From: Bdellovibrionales bacterium
GTDB taxonomy: Bacteria; Bdellovibrionota; Bdellovibrionia; Bdellovibrionales; JAUICD01
Assembly: GCA_965203275.1 (NCBI GenBank)
Contig: OZ241865.1
Location: 2,336,001 to 2,400,000 of the forward strand
DNA: 64,000 nt
Direction of reading: 5' to 3'
Numbering within the stretch: position 1 is the stretch's first letter; each line of letters begins with the position of its first letter. Under the pieces are notes generated by a model. It did not search any database. It was not told the DNA's origin and saw nothing but the letters and a program-made list of their open reading frames with translations. Below, piece after piece: positions 11,336-20,721 of this stretch. The position numbers and the translations under genes were made by a program.

Positions 11336-12686
11336 TTTGTCTTATCATCTCCTTTATATTGAGTTTCATTTTTTCAAAAGCTTTTTGAGATTTGGCTTCA
11401 TATCTTATCACAACTTGAGGTTGAGTATTAGAAGCCCTTACTAAAATCCATCCATCTTCGTGACTGACCCTCACACCATCTATTTGATTGATCTGCATTT
11501 GGCTATATTTATTTTTTATAAAAGAGATCATTTTATCTCTCTTTTCTGGTGAGGTGTCAATACGTATTTCAGGAGTGGTGAAAACTTGAGGAATATCTTT
11601 GAGAAAATAAGAGAGAGGCTTTTTATACCGACTGACTATCTCAATTAAACGCAGGCTAGCATAAATAGCATCATCAAACCCATAATTCCTGTCATTAAAA
11701 TAAATATGACCACTCATTTCACCACCAAATAGGGCCTTTTCTTGTCGCATTTTTTCTTTGATCAAAGAATGCCCTGTTTTCCACATTAACGGTTGACCTC
11801 CATTTTGCTGTATATCTTGATAAAATCGATCAGAGCATTTAACATCCCCTATAATCAAAGCTCCTGGATGAACTTTTAAAATTTCTCTGCTAAAAATCAT
11901 CATGAGATCATCTCCTAGAATTATTTGACCATTCTCATCCACAACTCCTATGCGATCAGCATCTCCATCATATCCAATACCCATATAGGATTTTGTTTGT
12001 ACAACTCTCTGACTTAAAGCTTTTATATTTTCTTTAATAGATGGGTCAGGGTGATGGTGAGGGAAATTTCCATCTGGATCTTCATATAAAATATCACATT
12101 CAAAACCAATGGCTTCAAGCATCTGACGTAAGATAGGCCCAGCAGATCCATTTCCACAATCTATCACAACAGGAATATATGATAAGTTTTTAAACTCTTG
12201 AGTATATCTTTTAACGTAAGCTTCTGAAATGTTAAATGTCTGAAGATTTTCTTTTGGTTTGATTTGTGGGTTACGGTATTTTTCATTTAAAATAATATGT
12301 TTGAGTTTTTGAATTTTTTCTCCAAAAAGAGCTTGATGCCCTTGTGTGAGCTTAAAACCATTATATGAGGGTGGATTGTGACTCCCTGTGACCATAATAG
12401 CACCTGTGAGATTTTCAATGATCCGTGTAGAATAATAAGACATAGGTGTTGTGATCAACCCTAGTTCATAGACAATGGCTCCACTGGCTTGAAGACCTTC
12501 TATAAGTTTTTGAGTTATAGGCTTGCTAGAAAGCCTTGCATCGTAACCCACAGAAACCAGTGGGTTGCTTATATGAGTTGTTTCTGTAAGATAAGAAATA
12601 AAAGCTCTACCTAGTTGAAAGGCAAAATGAACATCCAATTGCTGAGGATAAAGACCTCGAATGTCATACTCTTTAAAAATTTGCAT
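11325..12686 (-). CDS. Phosphomannomutase/phosphoglucomutase
   Basis: IFKEYDIRG, TGSHNP phosphoserine loop, DGDADR, GEMSGH. Confidence 0.93.
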   Translation of the reverse strand: MQIFKEYDIRGLYPQQLDVHFAFQLGRAFISYLTETTHISNPLVSVGYDARLSSKPITQKLIEGLQASGAIVYELGLITTPMSYYSTRIIENLTGAIMVTGSHNPPSYNGFKLTQGHQALFGEKIQKLKHIILNEKYRNPQIKPKENLQTFNISEAYVKRYTQEFKNLSYIPVVIDCGNGSAGPILRQMLEAIGFECDILYEDPDGNFPHHHPDPSIKENIKALSQRVVQTKSYMGIGYDGDADRIGVVDENGQIILGDDLMMIFSREILKVHPGALIIGDVKCSDRFYQDIQQNGGQPLMWKTGHSLIKEKMRQEKALFGGEMSGHIYFNDRNYGFDDAIYASLRLIEIVSRYKKPLSYFLKDIPQVFTTPEIRIDTSPEKRDKMISFIKNKYSQMQINQIDGVRVSHEDGWILVRASNTQPQVVIRYEAKSQKAFEKMKLNIKEMIRQNDK

Positions 12687-12847
12687 GGTTTATTTGTATA
12701 TTTTATTTGTGGAGATAAGATATTTTAATTAAAAACAATCTCAAAAATAAGTTTTATATTATGCAATGCTTTACTTTCTTTATTGTACATGATTTGTACT
12801 ATAATATTTTGATATGGCTTTAAAATTTTTGTGATCACATTATAGCT

Positions 12848-13429
12848 TTAGTCAATATGGGTTAGTTCTGCTTCCTTTTTCTCTGCAAGGTCATCGATGA
12901 TTTTAATGTATTTATCTGTCAGTTCTTGTGTTTTGTCTTTTTCTTGTTTGCTTTCGTCTTCACTAATGGATTTAGCTTGAAGAAGACTCTTAATATATTC
13001 ATTAGTATCTTTACGACTTTGCCGAATAGAAATTTTAGCATCCTCTATAATCTTTTTGACTTGTTTGGTTAGTTCTTTACGTCGATCTTCTGTAATTTCT
13101 GGCAATTTGAGGCGGATCACTTTACCATCATTGATAGGAGTTAAGCCCATATTACTCTTATTGATAGCCACTTCAATATCTTTGAGAATGCTTGCCTCCC
13201 AAGGAGCAATGAGAAAAGACTTAGCATCAGGACAACTAATAGCTGCAACCTGTGAAAGAGGGCTTAAAACACCATAATAATCTACGCGAATAGGATCTAA
13301 CATAGAGGCATTGGCTCTGCCTGTCCTAATGCGAGCTATTTGATTTTGAAGACTTTCAATTGTTTTATCCATTTGAGCTTTTGCCTTTTCTCTATGTTGG
13401 ATAATATCTCCCATATCATGTTCTACCAT
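12848..13429 (-). CDS. frr: Ribosome recycling factor
   Basis: IRTGRA, PINDG, ITEDRRKEL; start placed at ATG 13429 after SD AGGAGG. Confidence 0.95.
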   Translation of the reverse strand: MVEHDMGDIIQHREKAKAQMDKTIESLQNQIARIRTGRANASMLDPIRVDYYGVLSPLSQVAAISCPDAKSFLIAPWEASILKDIEVAINKSNMGLTPINDGKVIRLKLPEITEDRRKELTKQVKKIIEDAKISIRQSRKDTNEYIKSLLQAKSISEDESKQEKDKTQELTDKYIKIIDDLAEKKEAELTHID

Positions 13430-13659
13430 TTTGACCTCCTTTTTAAAATATATTGATGAAACACAATCAATGATATCCTTATCATCTCTAAAGAAAATAC
13501 TTCTAAATTTAAAAATATTCAATAAAAAAATTATAGAGATATAAAAGTAAGCTTTAAGCTATTATAGGATATTTCATTCTATTTGTATAGAATGAAACCA
13601 TGCATTTGCAAAAACATTTAATATATTTCTTGAAAGACCTTTCAGCTAGCTTTAAGTTT

Positions 13660-14520
13660 TTATTGATTGATGATATCTACAAAATCCACTTGTTTGACTT
13701 GATCACCTTCTTTGAGTCCAGCTACAATTTCAAAATAAGAATCATTTTGCACTCCTACTTGAATCGCCTTTTTTTGATTTTCTTCTGTTATGACAAAAAA
13801 GTCATTATCCTTCTTAAAAATAAACTGATGAGGTAACGTTAAAACTTGCTCTTTTCTAAATGTTTCAATATCAATGACCGCAGACATACCTGGCTTAATA
13901 CGATCATCAATATCAAGTATTTCCATACGAGAGAGGAACTCTACATTAGTGTTATTTCTCCAGTTGACTTGATGGTTAGCAGCTAGAAAGACACTTTTTA
14001 TAATCCCTTCATACTGTTGATCTAGGATAGCAGAAAGCTTAATAATAGCCTTCTGCCCTGTTTTAATTTTAAGTCGATAAATTTCTGGTACATTAAACTC
14101 TATAAAAAGTTTATCTAACTTATCAATTCTGACTAGGTAATTTTCTGTATTGCTTTCTTGTACAAATTCTCCTTCTTCCTTAAGTATTTGGACTACAGTG
14201 CCAGCAAACAAGGCTCGAATAGGATAAACAGGATTAAAAGATTGTAGAGATTCTGTGACAGAGATAATAGGATCATTTTTTTTAACTTGATCTCCTATTT
14301 TGACATAAAGCTTTTGAACATAGCCATTAAAGGGGGCTGTGATGATATTTTTCTTTTCTGGTTCGACATTGCCTGCAATAGTGATCTTCTGCACCAAATC
14401 CATACGAGTAACCGATGCTATCTGAAAGTGTTTCAAAGAATTTTGGCTCACAAAAAAATAAATCAATAAAGTCAATGCCAATAAGATAATAAAGATTTTA
14501 ATAATTGATAATATTTTCAT
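13660..14520 (-). CDS. Efflux RND/MacA-type periplasmic adaptor (membrane fusion protein)
   Basis: N-terminal TM, biotinyl-lipoyl-like APFNGYVQKLYVKIGDQVKK, C-terminal GLKEGDQV; start placed at MKILS. Confidence 0.85.
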   Translation of the reverse strand: MKILSIIKIFIILLALTLLIYFFVSQNSLKHFQIASVTRMDLVQKITIAGNVEPEKKNIITAPFNGYVQKLYVKIGDQVKKNDPIISVTESLQSFNPVYPIRALFAGTVVQILKEEGEFVQESNTENYLVRIDKLDKLFIEFNVPEIYRLKIKTGQKAIIKLSAILDQQYEGIIKSVFLAANHQVNWRNNTNVEFLSRMEILDIDDRIKPGMSAVIDIETFRKEQVLTLPHQFIFKKDNDFFVITEENQKKAIQVGVQNDSYFEIVAGLKEGDQVKQVDFVDIINQ

Positions 14521-15820
14521 ATAATTTCCCTTGATGATATTGATACTCTGAAAGAAAATTTTGCAATTGAAAAAAATTAATATAATAGGATTCTTGTGCT
14601 GTTTTGTAATTATTAAAAGCATTGATAAAATCTAAAAAAGTCAGCTTCCCATTGCGGTATTCATAAGTAATAGAGTCGTAGTTTTCTTTCTCTAAATCTA
14701 CAAGCTCTTTGCTTAATTTGAGGTTATCCATTTGCTTTTGAATATCTAAAAAAACTTTTTCGATTTGTGTTTTGAGAGTTAATAAGTTGGCATGGATCTG
14801 ATTATTACTGATTTGTTCTGTAAGCCTTGAAATAGAAAGCTCTCTACGCCTGATCCCTCCATCCCATAAATTATACTTTAATGTGATAAAAGCTGATACA
14901 TCAATAGGAGATACACCTGTCTGGCTTGTTCGTGATAAATAATTAGGATTAACATAAGACATACTTGCATCTAAAGTGATGGCTGGCCAGTATCTTCTTT
15001 GAACAAGTTGTACTTGGGCTTTATTGATATTTTTGCTATAGTTGGCCATTTTATATTCATAATGATTGTGCAGAATATTTTCAATTTCATCTCTATTGAT
15101 AGATGGATAATTTCTTTCTGTGACTTCCATAGAACTGATCTTCAAATGCTCTTCTTGAAATCCTATGATTTGTTTTATTTGTTCTATGGATTGATGAATA
15201 TTGGTTTGAGCATCAGCTAAGGAAATTTGGCTTCTTTGAAGTTGTGATTTAAGACGTAAAAAGTCTATTCTTTTTCTAGCTCCATGTTTGTATTCTTGTT
15301 CAATGGATTTCATTTGCCTGGAAAGGAGTTCATGTTGAAAGGTTTGCACCTCTAGCAAATGAGTTAAAAGAGAATAATTATGATATTCTTTTAAAATATC
15401 TAAACATATTTGATTTTGATCTCTTGTGTATTCTACATAAGATCTGCTATTTTCTTGTTGGGCTATGCGGTAGTTGGTCAAATAAGCACCATTGTTGTAG
15501 AGAGTTTCGCTAAGAGTTAAATTGAGTCCAGCAAAAATAGGCGAGTCTTCTGGCATGATTTGATTCTTTCTATATCCTAAATCTGTTGAAATATCCAATG
15601 AAGGCAAAAAATTTGCAAAAGCATTTTGCAATCTAAAATGGTTGATCTTCAATCTATTAGAAGCATTGATGATTTGAGGGGAATGCATAAGACCATATTT
15701 AATTAAATCTTTCAATACAAACTCTTTTGCATACACCTGATGAATTATAAAAGTTATATGAAAAAAATGTATGCATAGCACAAAATAAAAAAAAGTCATC
15801 TTAGTATTATAATGATTCAT
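14498..15820 (-). CDS. TolC-family outer membrane efflux protein
   Basis: Signal peptide, two OEP repeats (FLPSLDI, YWPAITL, YNLWDGG). Confidence 0.85.
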   Translation of the reverse strand: MNHYNTKMTFFYFVLCIHFFHITFIIHQVYAKEFVLKDLIKYGLMHSPQIINASNRLKINHFRLQNAFANFLPSLDISTDLGYRKNQIMPEDSPIFAGLNLTLSETLYNNGAYLTNYRIAQQENSRSYVEYTRDQNQICLDILKEYHNYSLLTHLLEVQTFQHELLSRQMKSIEQEYKHGARKRIDFLRLKSQLQRSQISLADAQTNIHQSIEQIKQIIGFQEEHLKISSMEVTERNYPSINRDEIENILHNHYEYKMANYSKNINKAQVQLVQRRYWPAITLDASMSYVNPNYLSRTSQTGVSPIDVSAFITLKYNLWDGGIRRRELSISRLTEQISNNQIHANLLTLKTQIEKVFLDIQKQMDNLKLSKELVDLEKENYDSITYEYRNGKLTFLDFINAFNNYKTAQESYYINFFQLQNFLSEYQYHQGKLYENIINY

Positions 15821-15826
15821 TTGTTT

Positions 15827-17473
15827 TCACCTTTTTGTATTGATCAAGCACTTTGACTTAAAGTGTTGAGTAGCTACTAATTGTTCTTTATAAACTCTGA
15901 TCATTATAATTAAGATAAGTAAAAGTATTTGAAGCCATGAGATGTATTTACCAAAACGTGCAAAAAAAGTTATATGATTTTTACTACTATAAGGGATAGC
16001 AAAATGCTGTGTCCACTTTTCTTTTTGTGGGCCTTGTTTTAAAAGGTCTCCATTAGCTAAGACGGCTGAAGTAATTCCTGTATTGGTCACTCTTATAACA
16101 GGTCGCCTCACTTCAATAGCTCTTGCCAGTGTCATATAGAGATGTTGGTAAGGTTCAAAAGTATGACCAAACCAAGAATCATTTGTCACATTAATAATAA
16201 GATGAGCATTTTGTTTTGCAAGATTGATGGAAAAATTAGAATCAAGCCCTTCATAGCAAATTTGTAAACCAAAATTTATGTCTTTCCATGTCCAAGTACT
16301 TGGACCTTTTTGACCTGCGGCAAAATGACTGATTTGTGGAATCCAGTTTTTCAGAAAGGGAAACCAATGCACTCCAGGGAAATATTCTCCAAAAGCAAGT
16401 AATGTGGATTTTCTGTATCGTTCTAAAAGTAAGCCCTCTGGATTGAAAAAAAACAGAGCATTATAATATTTATTATCTTGTGGATTGCTTGAATAAGACC
16501 CTGTGAGAAGAGGGGTTTTGTGCTGAGAAATAAAATGCTGGAGTCTATATTTATGTGAGCTATCAATATGATGATCCAATTGACCTGGAAAAGCTGTTTC
16601 TGGCCAAATAATGAGGTCTAAGTTTTCTACACTTAGATTGTTGAGTAAAGATTGAGTCAAGTCAAAATACTGTTCATAAATTGCTGGATAATAAAATGTA
16701 TTGTGGTAGGCCATATATTTATCAAAGTTACCTATATTCGCTTGAACTGCCCCTATATGAAAAACTTTATTTGTATCAGACCATGTATTTTGTTTCATTT
16801 TCCCTGTGATGTTTAATATTATGAAAAAGATCAGTAAAGCCATAATGTGACCACACGCTACTTTTTGATTTTTTAAAAAAGCCATCACATTTGAGATGAG
16901 GGTTGGATGTTTTATATTAGACCTTGGACCTGTTTTTTTAATAGTTATAAAAATCCATAAAATATATGCATTAATGAGTATAGTTAAGAAGCTTAAGCCC
17001 TCAAAGCCAATGGTATCAGCCCATTGATAGGCAGGCCAATGGCTCCAGAACCAAGGGTAACCTAAATTCCAATGAAAGATCATAGGACTTAGCTTTTCAA
17101 ATAGTGCAGTAGCAACAGCTAAAAAAAGCAAAGAGCTTTGAAAATGAAAGTGAAATCTTTTATGGGTATAATGCCAAAGTAGACCTGCGAGAGGAATATG
17201 TAAATTTTGTGTGGCACAAAACAAAAATAAAATCAAATATCCTACAATGAATGGAAGTCTTCCAAATTCTATAGCTGTATGAGCTATCCAATGAAAGCCT
17301 ATTAAGGCCAAAGTAAATTGAGTCAACCACCCGTAGAAAAAAACCTTCCAAGCTGGTAGATTATGGAATAGCCATGTAAACCAAAGTGGGACAAAACAAA
17401 AAAATAAAGCCCATGGAATAAATGGAATATAACTTGTGCCAATAAAAATTCCTGATAAAATAGATAGTAGCAT
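15827..17473 (-). CDS. lnt: Apolipoprotein N-acyltransferase
   Basis: Multiple TMs, VQANI, IIWPETA, QICYE, VTNDSWFG, RAIE..RP..RVTNTG. Confidence 0.93.
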   Translation of the reverse strand: MLLSILSGIFIGTSYIPFIPWALFFCFVPLWFTWLFHNLPAWKVFFYGWLTQFTLALIGFHWIAHTAIEFGRLPFIVGYLILFLFCATQNLHIPLAGLLWHYTHKRFHFHFQSSLLFLAVATALFEKLSPMIFHWNLGYPWFWSHWPAYQWADTIGFEGLSFLTILINAYILWIFITIKKTGPRSNIKHPTLISNVMAFLKNQKVACGHIMALLIFFIILNITGKMKQNTWSDTNKVFHIGAVQANIGNFDKYMAYHNTFYYPAIYEQYFDLTQSLLNNLSVENLDLIIWPETAFPGQLDHHIDSSHKYRLQHFISQHKTPLLTGSYSSNPQDNKYYNALFFFNPEGLLLERYRKSTLLAFGEYFPGVHWFPFLKNWIPQISHFAAGQKGPSTWTWKDINFGLQICYEGLDSNFSINLAKQNAHLIINVTNDSWFGHTFEPYQHLYMTLARAIEVRRPVIRVTNTGITSAVLANGDLLKQGPQKEKWTQHFAIPYSSKNHITFFARFGKYISWLQILLLILIIMIRVYKEQLVATQHFKSKCLINTKR

Positions 17474-17540
17474 ATTTATATTGGACTTCCTTAAAAAATA
17501 AGCTTATATAATATAAGGTTTGATTTTGTGAGGTTTCACT

Positions 17541-18236
17541 TTGGAAAATACATTTACCTGTCCTAAATGTCAAGCAACTAATGTTAAGGGTGCTGTGGAT
17601 TGCGAAGTTTGTGGGATTATCTTTGCAAAGTATTCTGCTAAGCAGTCGAATGTTCAACAAATTTCGCAACAAGCGTCACAGCAAATGCCAAGGCAAGTGT
17701 CTCAGCAAATGTCACAGCAAGTGCCTCAGCAAGTGTCACAGCAAGTGCCTCAGCAACAGGAAAAAATCAATAATCCTGCAAAATCAAAGAAAATACCAAA
17801 TCCTGTTTCAAAGCTTAGCGACGCAAATCTTCAACAATTATGGGAGCAAGTTATGAGCAATTATGATAATATGGATATGCATGAAGATTTTATTAATCAA
17901 GCAATGCAAAGTAATAATTTAGCATTTGCTTCTCAGCAATATCGTAATATTTTAAGCAGTCATCCTAACGAAGATATAGCACAAAAGATGCAAAGTCGTA
18001 TCACTCAAATGGCTATGAATCTCTTTACTCCTGAACATATTCCAGAAGTGCGTCGGTTTCATTTTGGTATTTCTGGTACAATTATTACGTTAGGTATTAT
18101 GCTTATGGGGATGGCTTATTTGTTCTCTGAACTATTTGTAAAGATGTCTTTTAACCCTAAGCCTATTGAAATTACAGGGTCTGTTATGGTGATTGCAGGA
18201 TTTATGATGCGTTTTGCAAAAAGAAAAACCCGTTAA
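17541..18236 (+). CDS. Zinc-ribbon, Gln-rich linker, C-terminal membrane-anchored hypothetical protein
   Basis: CPKC...CEVC, QQVS/QQVP 12-bp repeats, two C-terminal TMs. Confidence 0.7.
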   Translation: MENTFTCPKCQATNVKGAVDCEVCGIIFAKYSAKQSNVQQISQQASQQMPRQVSQQMSQQVPQQVSQQVPQQQEKINNPAKSKKIPNPVSKLSDANLQQLWEQVMSNYDNMDMHEDFINQAMQSNNLAFASQQYRNILSSHPNEDIAQKMQSRITQMAMNLFTPEHIPEVRRFHFGISGTIITLGIMLMGMAYLFSELFVKMSFNPKPIEITGSVMVIAGFMMRFAKRKTR

Positions 18237-18261
18237 TGCTTTAGAAATAAATATCTTGTTC

Positions 18262-18420
18262 TCTTAACATTTCCCTCAAAATAAATCATGCCTCTGGCAT
18301 GTTTTCTGGCAGTTAGCCCGACGGCTACCGCCGTCGATCAAAGGCTAACTGCCTCAAAAGTCCGTTTACTTTTAGTAGGAAGGATCTCCTTGCTTTTAAC
18401 ACAATGTTAGGGAAACAAGA
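18262..18420. repeat. Structured ~150-bp palindromic repeat (chimeric copy)
   Basis: Stems ggcagttagcc/ggctaactgcc, cgacggc/gccgtcg, catgcc/ggcatg. Confidence 0.9.
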
Positions 18421-18444
18421 TATTCGCTTCATCCTTGCCTGTCT

Positions 18445-18580
18445 GTTTGATGCCAGGGTGCCAGATCACGGATCCCGGAAAAATATCCTTTCATTTCTTT
18501 ATACCATGTTAAGGAAAAAGTCAATTCTGGGATCTGATGCCGGGTTGCCGGATCCCGGATCCCGGATCCCGGATAAATAC
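18445..18580. repeat. (GGATCCC)n heptamer repeat family element
   Basis: gccggatcccggatcccggatcccggataaat; related copies near 48960, 50070, 50685, 54850, 56628. Confidence 0.8.
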
Positions 18581-18647
18581 CAACAAGAGGTTTGTTTTTT
18601 AGGAATTTTTTCTAAAAGATGGGAAAAGGGTATTTGAAAATTGGAAA

Positions 18648-19130
18648 TTCAGTGATTTCAGCTAGTTTGGTTCACTCAAAATAAATCATGCCTCTGGCAT
18701 GTTTTCTGGCAGTTAGCCCGACGACTATCGTCGTCGATCAAAGGCTAACTGCCTAGAAAATCCATTTATTTTGAGTAGGGGAGAATCCTTTCGTTTTTTA
18801 ACACAATGTTAAGGGAACAAGAAGTTCGTTTCTCTGGATTTCTTTGAAAAGGTAGAGAATTTGGGTTTAAAAATTAGATTTTCAGTGATTTCAGCTAGTT
18901 TGGTTCACTCAAAATAAATCATGCCTCTGGCATGTTTTCTGGCAGTTAGCCCGACGACTATCGTCGTCGATCAAAGGCTAACTGCCTAGAAAATCCATTT
19001 ATTTTGAGTAGGGGAGAATCCTTTCGTTTTTTAACACAATGTTAAGGGAACAAGAAGTTCGTTTCTCTGGATTTCTTTGAAAAGGTAGAGAATTTGGGTT
19101 TAAAAATTAGATTTTCAGTGATTTCAGCTA
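18648..19130. repeat. Exact 233-bp tandem duplication, each unit with one structured repeat
   Basis: ttcagtgatttcagcta at 18648, 18881 and 19114. Confidence 0.9.
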
Positions 19131-19529
19131 CTTAATACTGTGACTTTTGTATAAAAGTTACAGTATTAAGTGTTTGTAATTGTTAGACTTTTTTAGGTCA
19201 ACTTTAGAAATTTCTAATTTTTCGTCTAACACAATTCTTATCGTTTATTATGACATAAAACTTTATATTTTTGTTAAAAAAAATCAAAAAAAGTGACATT
19301 TTGTATCAAAAAGAATCACTTTTTTGAATTTTTGTATCATCTTGAAACACTTTACTAATCTTAAAGACATAAGATAAGAAAAATAAGTAGCGATTTTTAA
19401 TTCTTGTTTTATAACTTTTGCTTTGTTTGATTTTTCAAAACAATTTTCTTGCAAAAATTTGCCTGTTTTTTGCTCTTTCAAATTGTAACTTTTATACAAA
19501 AGTTACAGTGCTAAGTCATTGAAATCACT
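19117..19529. promoter_or_regulatory. Segment bounded by 46-bp inverted repeats upstream of the pilin
   Basis: 19117-19162 versus reverse complement of 19484-19529: 40/46 identical, inner 20 bp perfect. Confidence 0.7.
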
Positions 19530-19589
19530 AGGTCGTTTAGGTTTGTTTCACTAAAAGTGGTTGTTTCACTTTGAATGAAACAGAAGGAA

Positions 19590-19774
19590 CTTTTTCCTTA
19601 ACATGGTGTTAAGAGACAAGGAGATCCTTTCTACTAAAAGTAAACGGACTTTTGAGGTAGCCAGCCTTTGATCGACGGCGAAAGCCGTCGGGCTGGCTAT
19701 CCAAAAGTAGCCAGAGGCTAGTTTACTTTTAGTGAACCAGAGGTCAGTTCATTTTGAGTGAAATGTTAAGGAAA
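19590..19774. repeat. Structured palindromic repeat (reverse orientation) with an extra stacked end
   Basis: actaaaagtaaac/gtttacttttagt, cgacggc-gaaa-gccgtcg, tagcc-aga-ggcta; termini tttccttaacat/atgttaaggaaa. Confidence 0.9.
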
Positions 19775-19795
19775 TAAGGTGTTTAAAAGGATATT

Positions 19796-20425
19796 ATGGA
19801 CAGATCAAGTCAAAAGGGATTTTCTCTTATAGAGTTAATGGTGGCAGTAGCCATCATTGGTCTTTTAAGTGTTGTGGCCATCCCACAATATCAAAAGTAT
19901 AAAATGAAGGCTAGACAGGGAGAGGCTAAACTTTCCTTATCGACACTTTACACAATGGAAAAGGTATTTATCACCAATTATGGATGGGGTACGGCTAACT
20001 TTTCACAGTTAGGATATAAGCCAAAGGGGCATTATGTATATCAATCAGGATGGTACCAGCATTACACCGGCTATCCATACAATGTAAATGCTACAAACAA
20101 ATCTCAAATAAATGTACCAGTGCCGTATACAGGCCCACTTGCAACTAATAGGTCTGTAAACACCCGCATGGCATGCAATGGCCCCGCTGCTCCAAATAAC
20201 AAAACACCACTTCCCTGTTTTCTTCATTGGAGAGGCAATAAGGGATACACTGCCGCTAGTTTTTTAGCGGCCGCCGTAAGAGAGTTAGGTGAAAGTCCTC
20301 CGAGAACAAGTAGTAGAGTTAATAATATAGGTTATAGAAATGTAAAATTTTTAATTCGATCCTTCAACGCACAAGGAGATCTTTGGTTTATAACCGAAAA
20401 AAAGAAAATGATTAATGTTCCTTAA
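19796..20425 (+). CDS. Type IVa pilin
   Basis: Prepilin motif KG/FSLIELMVAVAIIGLLSVVAIPQY, RQGEAK, Cys pair. Confidence 0.9.
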   Translation: MDRSSQKGFSLIELMVAVAIIGLLSVVAIPQYQKYKMKARQGEAKLSLSTLYTMEKVFITNYGWGTANFSQLGYKPKGHYVYQSGWYQHYTGYPYNVNATNKSQINVPVPYTGPLATNRSVNTRMACNGPAAPNNKTPLPCFLHWRGNKGYTAASFLAAAVRELGESPPRTSSRVNNIGYRNVKFLIRSFNAQGDLWFITEKKKMINVP

Positions 20426-20584
20426 TCATATTTGACTTTCTTAAAGCTGTGTTGCACTTTGAAGTAAACCAGAGTGGGAGACACAGCTTGAATATCAAAA
20501 AATATGTGGCTTATTATCGGCTATCAACACTTAAACAAACCATTGGCTTAAAAGCTCAAGAGACAATGGTCAAAGCCTATCTTT

Positions 20585-20721
20585 TTCACTCAAAATAAAT
20601 CATGCCTTTGTTTCCCTAAAATTGAACTAGCTTTTGAGGGAATTAGCCTTTGATGATCGACGACGACAGCCTTCGGCTGGCTACCCAAAAGTGACCAGAG
20701 GTCAGTTTACTTTTAGTGAAA
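20585..20721. repeat. Degenerate/chimeric structured repeat cluster
   Basis: ttcactcaaaataaatcatgcc ... gtgaccagaggtcagtttacttttagtgaaac. Confidence 0.85.

Noticed and set aside
18404..18637. Small ORFs inside repeat clusters (also 19284..19499, 54945..55216, 49879..50103)
   Set aside because: They are translations of non-coding repeats or the opposite strand of the microsatellite, with no recognisable protein features.
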